NCBI GenBank assembly: GCA_017560145.1
Contig: JAFYON010000024.1
Span: 1 to 38,143, forward strand
Direction: 5' to 3'
Source of the DNA: Clostridia bacterium
GTDB taxonomy: Bacteria > Bacillota > Clostridia > Oscillospirales > CAG-382
Length of the DNA: 38,143 bases
The translations under genes were made by a program, and so were the position numbers. This document shows positions 35,621 to 38,143 of the stretch, piece after piece. The number at the start of each line of letters is the position of its first letter. Position 1 is the first letter of the stretch. The notes under the pieces were generated by a model that saw only the letters and a program-made list of their open reading frames with translations, did not search any database and was not told where the DNA came from.

Positions 35621-37147
35621 TTAATCTCTGAATACGCCGATCTTAAGCTTTTCGAGCTGAACGGGAGTGCAGTTGCCTGCGCAGAAGAAGGCGATGCCCG
35701 TCGCACCTGCCTTGCGGCATTCCTCGACCTGCTTGGTCGATTCGATAACGGGAAGCTTGTTATACATCGGGGAAATGCCCGAAATGTTGGGCGCCTCGCC
35801 GTAGTTTTTAACCATATATGCAACCTCGTTGCCGACGTCCTCGGCTACGTTGAGGTAAGCCATCGGGTAAATGGCGTCAAGCCAGCCCTGCTTTACCCAA
35901 TACTGCCAATTCTGGCACTTGAGGTTTATCGCCTCGACAGGATCGCCGAAAACTGCGGTCGAAAGCACGATATCGCGTCCGTTTTTGCGGTATTCAAGAA
36001 TAAGGTCGCGCACCGATTTAACGTATTTTGTAACCTTGTCGGCGCGCCAGTTAAGGAATTTCTTCCATTCCTCGCAATTGGTATCGGGAATATCGTCAAG
36101 CACGATGCCCGTATCCTTCAAGAATTCCGCCTTGGTGGTCTCTTCAAAGCCTGCCGAGCGGTCAACTCCGTGAATAACGGGGTAGCGGATGTAATCGAGC
36201 TGGAAGCCGTCGAAATCGTAATTATCGAGGATCTCCTTGACACTGCCCAAAAGGAACTCCTGAACCTCGTCAAGTGCGGGATTAAGGAAATAGAAGTTAT
36301 CGAACGCGTCGTGTAAAATTCCGCCGTCCTTGCGCCTTGCCATCCATTCGGGATGCACGTCTGCCATAGGACATCCGTGGCCCTCGACACCGAAGAAGAA
36401 ATCCTCGAACCAGCAATGTATCTTAACACCGTTTTGCTTGCAAATGCGGATAAAGGAATCGATAACGTCAAATCCGTCCTTGTAATAGGGGCGGATGGGA
36501 AGATAGTCGTGCACGCACTTTTGCGCGTTTGCATAGCCTTCGTAATTGGTTTCGATAAGAATAAGGTTAAAGCCGGCGTCCTTTAATTTTGCAACGGTTG
36601 CTTCAACCTCGGCATCGCTCTTTTCGTGAGGTCTGTGCCAAACGGCGCGGATCTCACCCTTGACCGAAGCGGCGGTGTAATAATAAGCCTCCTCGCAAAG
36701 CGCGTTTGCTTTTTCGTAATCGCCGTTATCCTTTGCATCGACCGCCTGCATAAGAAGCTCCTCTGCCTTTTGCTTGTCAAAGCTCGAGCCTTCCGCAACG
36801 CGCTCGCGGATGCGGTTGTTGATCTTATAAATGTTGTTTTCGGTTTCTATCTGTCTTGCGGTATCATCGATTTCGGCGATAAAAACACCGTTCGATTCGT
36901 CGATTTCGGCTCTTGCACCGACGCAAATATTCTCTGCAAGAAAATCGGCAGCGGCACCGTGACCCGAAACGACAAAGCCGTCGTTGGGGATGATATTGTT
37001 GTTCTTGCCGCAGCTTACAACGCGTCCGTCGACAACGCACGCCTCGAAGCCATAGGAATTGGTTTTCGTGTTACCGCTTCCGTTGTATATAATAAGCTCG
37101 TCTGCACCGCGCTCGCGGTTATATCCCGAAATAGAAATCGTTTTCAT
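35621..37147 (-). CDS. Glycosyl hydrolase-like 10 (DUF187/YngK-like) protein with an extra N-terminal domain
   Basis: EIRAVW, IHCWFE, HPEW, FLNPA..EV, YDFDGFQLDYIRYP, QNW..WV..GWLD.IYPMAY. Confidence 0.85.
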   Translation of the reverse strand: MKTISISGYNRERGADELIIYNGSGNTKTNSYGFEACVVDGRVVSCGKNNNIIPNDGFVVSGHGAAADFLAENICVGARAEIDESNGVFIAEIDDTARQIETENNIYKINNRIRERVAEGSSFDKQKAEELLMQAVDAKDNGDYEKANALCEEAYYYTAASVKGEIRAVWHRPHEKSDAEVEATVAKLKDAGFNLILIETNYEGYANAQKCVHDYLPIRPYYKDGFDVIDSFIRICKQNGVKIHCWFEDFFFGVEGHGCPMADVHPEWMARRKDGGILHDAFDNFYFLNPALDEVQEFLLGSVKEILDNYDFDGFQLDYIRYPVIHGVDRSAGFEETTKAEFLKDTGIVLDDIPDTNCEEWKKFLNWRADKVTKYVKSVRDLILEYRKNGRDIVLSTAVFGDPVEAINLKCQNWQYWVKQGWLDAIYPMAYLNVAEDVGNEVAYMVKNYGEAPNISGISPMYNKLPVIESTKQVEECRKAGATGIAFFCAGNCTPVQLEKLKIGVFRD

Positions 37148-37206
37148 ATCAAAACCTCGGCTTTTTTTCTTTTATTTTACCATAAACGCAAAAAAAGTCA
37201 ATGCTA

Positions 37207-37235
37207 TTTACAAACGCGGCTTGGCGTGTTATAAT
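37207..37235 (+). promoter_or_regulatory. Sigma-A promoter for pnuC, back-to-back with the hydrolase promoter (37174-37201, minus strand)
   Basis: TTTACA-17-TATAAT on plus; TTGACT-16-TAAAAT on minus. Confidence 0.7.
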
Positions 37236-37264
37236 TCGCTTGATTATTATTTTTTGGAGTAAAA

Positions 37265-37948
37265 ATGCTTAAGAAGCTTAACTATTTCACAACTTTCGAA
37301 AAAATATTATGGCTTAGCTCGGTAGCGCTGATAACTACCTTCTTTTTCCTTTTTTCGCAATCGGGCATCCTTTCGCTTATAGCTTCGCTTATCGGCACGA
37401 CTGCGCTTATCTTTTGTGCAAAGGGCAACCCGATAGGTCAGGGTATGATGATAATCTTCAGCATCATCTACGGCATAATTTCCTATTCCTTTGAATATTA
37501 CGGCGAAATGATAACCTATGTCGGAATGTCAGCGCCTATGGCGGCTTATGCACTTATTTCCTGGTTAAGAAACCCGTATAAGGGCAAAAAGAGCGAAGTT
37601 ACCGTCAATGACGTCAACAAAAAGGAAATTATCGTTATTCTTTCGCTTTCTGTTGTTGTAACGGTCGTTTTCTATTTTATTCTCAAGATATTCGGCACCG
37701 CAAATCTTCTGCCCAGCACCTTTTCGGTAACGACAAGCTTTGTTGCAGTCTGCTTTTCTGCGCGCAGAAGCCCTTATTTCGCGCTTGCCTATGCCGTTAA
37801 CGATATCGTGCTTATAATTCTTTGGGCACTTGCCGCGATCAAGGATATTTCCTACCTTTCGGTCATCGTCTGCTTCGTGATGTTCCTTGTAAACGATACT
37901 TATAGCTTTATCAACTGGACACGAATGAAGAAAAAGCAAAGCGTATAA
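37265..37948 (+). CDS. pnuC: PnuC-family nicotinamide riboside/vitamin transporter
   Basis: AKGNPIGQ, YYGEMITY, SW, ARRS..ALAYAVNDIVLIILW, NDTYSFINW; 7-8 TM segments. Confidence 0.85.
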   Translation: MLKKLNYFTTFEKILWLSSVALITTFFFLFSQSGILSLIASLIGTTALIFCAKGNPIGQGMMIIFSIIYGIISYSFEYYGEMITYVGMSAPMAAYALISWLRNPYKGKKSEVTVNDVNKKEIIVILSLSVVVTVVFYFILKIFGTANLLPSTFSVTTSFVAVCFSARRSPYFALAYAVNDIVLIILWALAAIKDISYLSVIVCFVMFLVNDTYSFINWTRMKKKQSV

Positions 37949-37959
37949 TGCCCCCCCTC

Positions 37960-37988
37960 TTGACAAAGCATTATAAAAGGTTTACAAT
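37960..37988 (+). promoter_or_regulatory. Sigma-A promoter for the leader-peptide transcript
   Basis: TTGACA, 17 nt, TACAAT. Confidence 0.8.
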
Positions 37989-38023
37989 TAAAGCGGAATA
38001 ATAAGAAAGAAGGTGTGATTCCG

Positions 38024-38083
38024 ATGGGCTGTATGAATGAAACCGAATCGGTTATTTGTATGGCTTTGAGGTTGCGCCGTTAA
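38024..38083 (+). CDS. Putative leader (arrest) peptide MGCMNETESVICMALRLRR
   Basis: RBS GAAGGTG, 19-codon ORF just downstream of a consensus promoter; its 3' end can pair with 38117-38126. Confidence 0.65.
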   Translation: MGCMNETESVICMALRLRR

Positions 38084-38143
38084 TTACATATATAATAATT
38101 TTTGTAATATCGACCTCCTCAAAGTCTTTTGGACAATTTAAGG

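Overview
Chromosomal window from a Firmicute, probably Clostridia (T-box leader, sigma-A and sigma-G-like promoters, TepA). The left flank carries an ABC permease, an FHA-FHA-ABC ATPase, tepA and a ~2,350-aa cyclic beta-1,2-glucan synthase-like gene. A ~10-kb island is integrated in tRNA-Ser(CGA), bounded by a 59-bp direct repeat (10808-10866 and 20731-20789). It holds a tandem-HTH excisionase-like gene, a 5'-truncated tyrosine integrase, a secreted WapA-like RHS protein with an unrecognised Gly/beta-rich C-terminal domain, a membrane-anchored putative immunity protein, and a relic of a second RHS gene. The right flank has a HEPN-like (RxxxxH) membrane protein, ktrB/ktrA, a CapA-family protein, an AT-rich orphan gene, a MATE pump and a Phe T-box aro/phe operon. 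It continues with an ECF S-component, an acyl-CoA ligase, galT, a GHL10 hydrolase and pnuC. At the very end is a 19-aa RLRR leader peptide with attenuator hairpins for a gene outside the window. All family calls come from motif recognition by eye; no searches were run.
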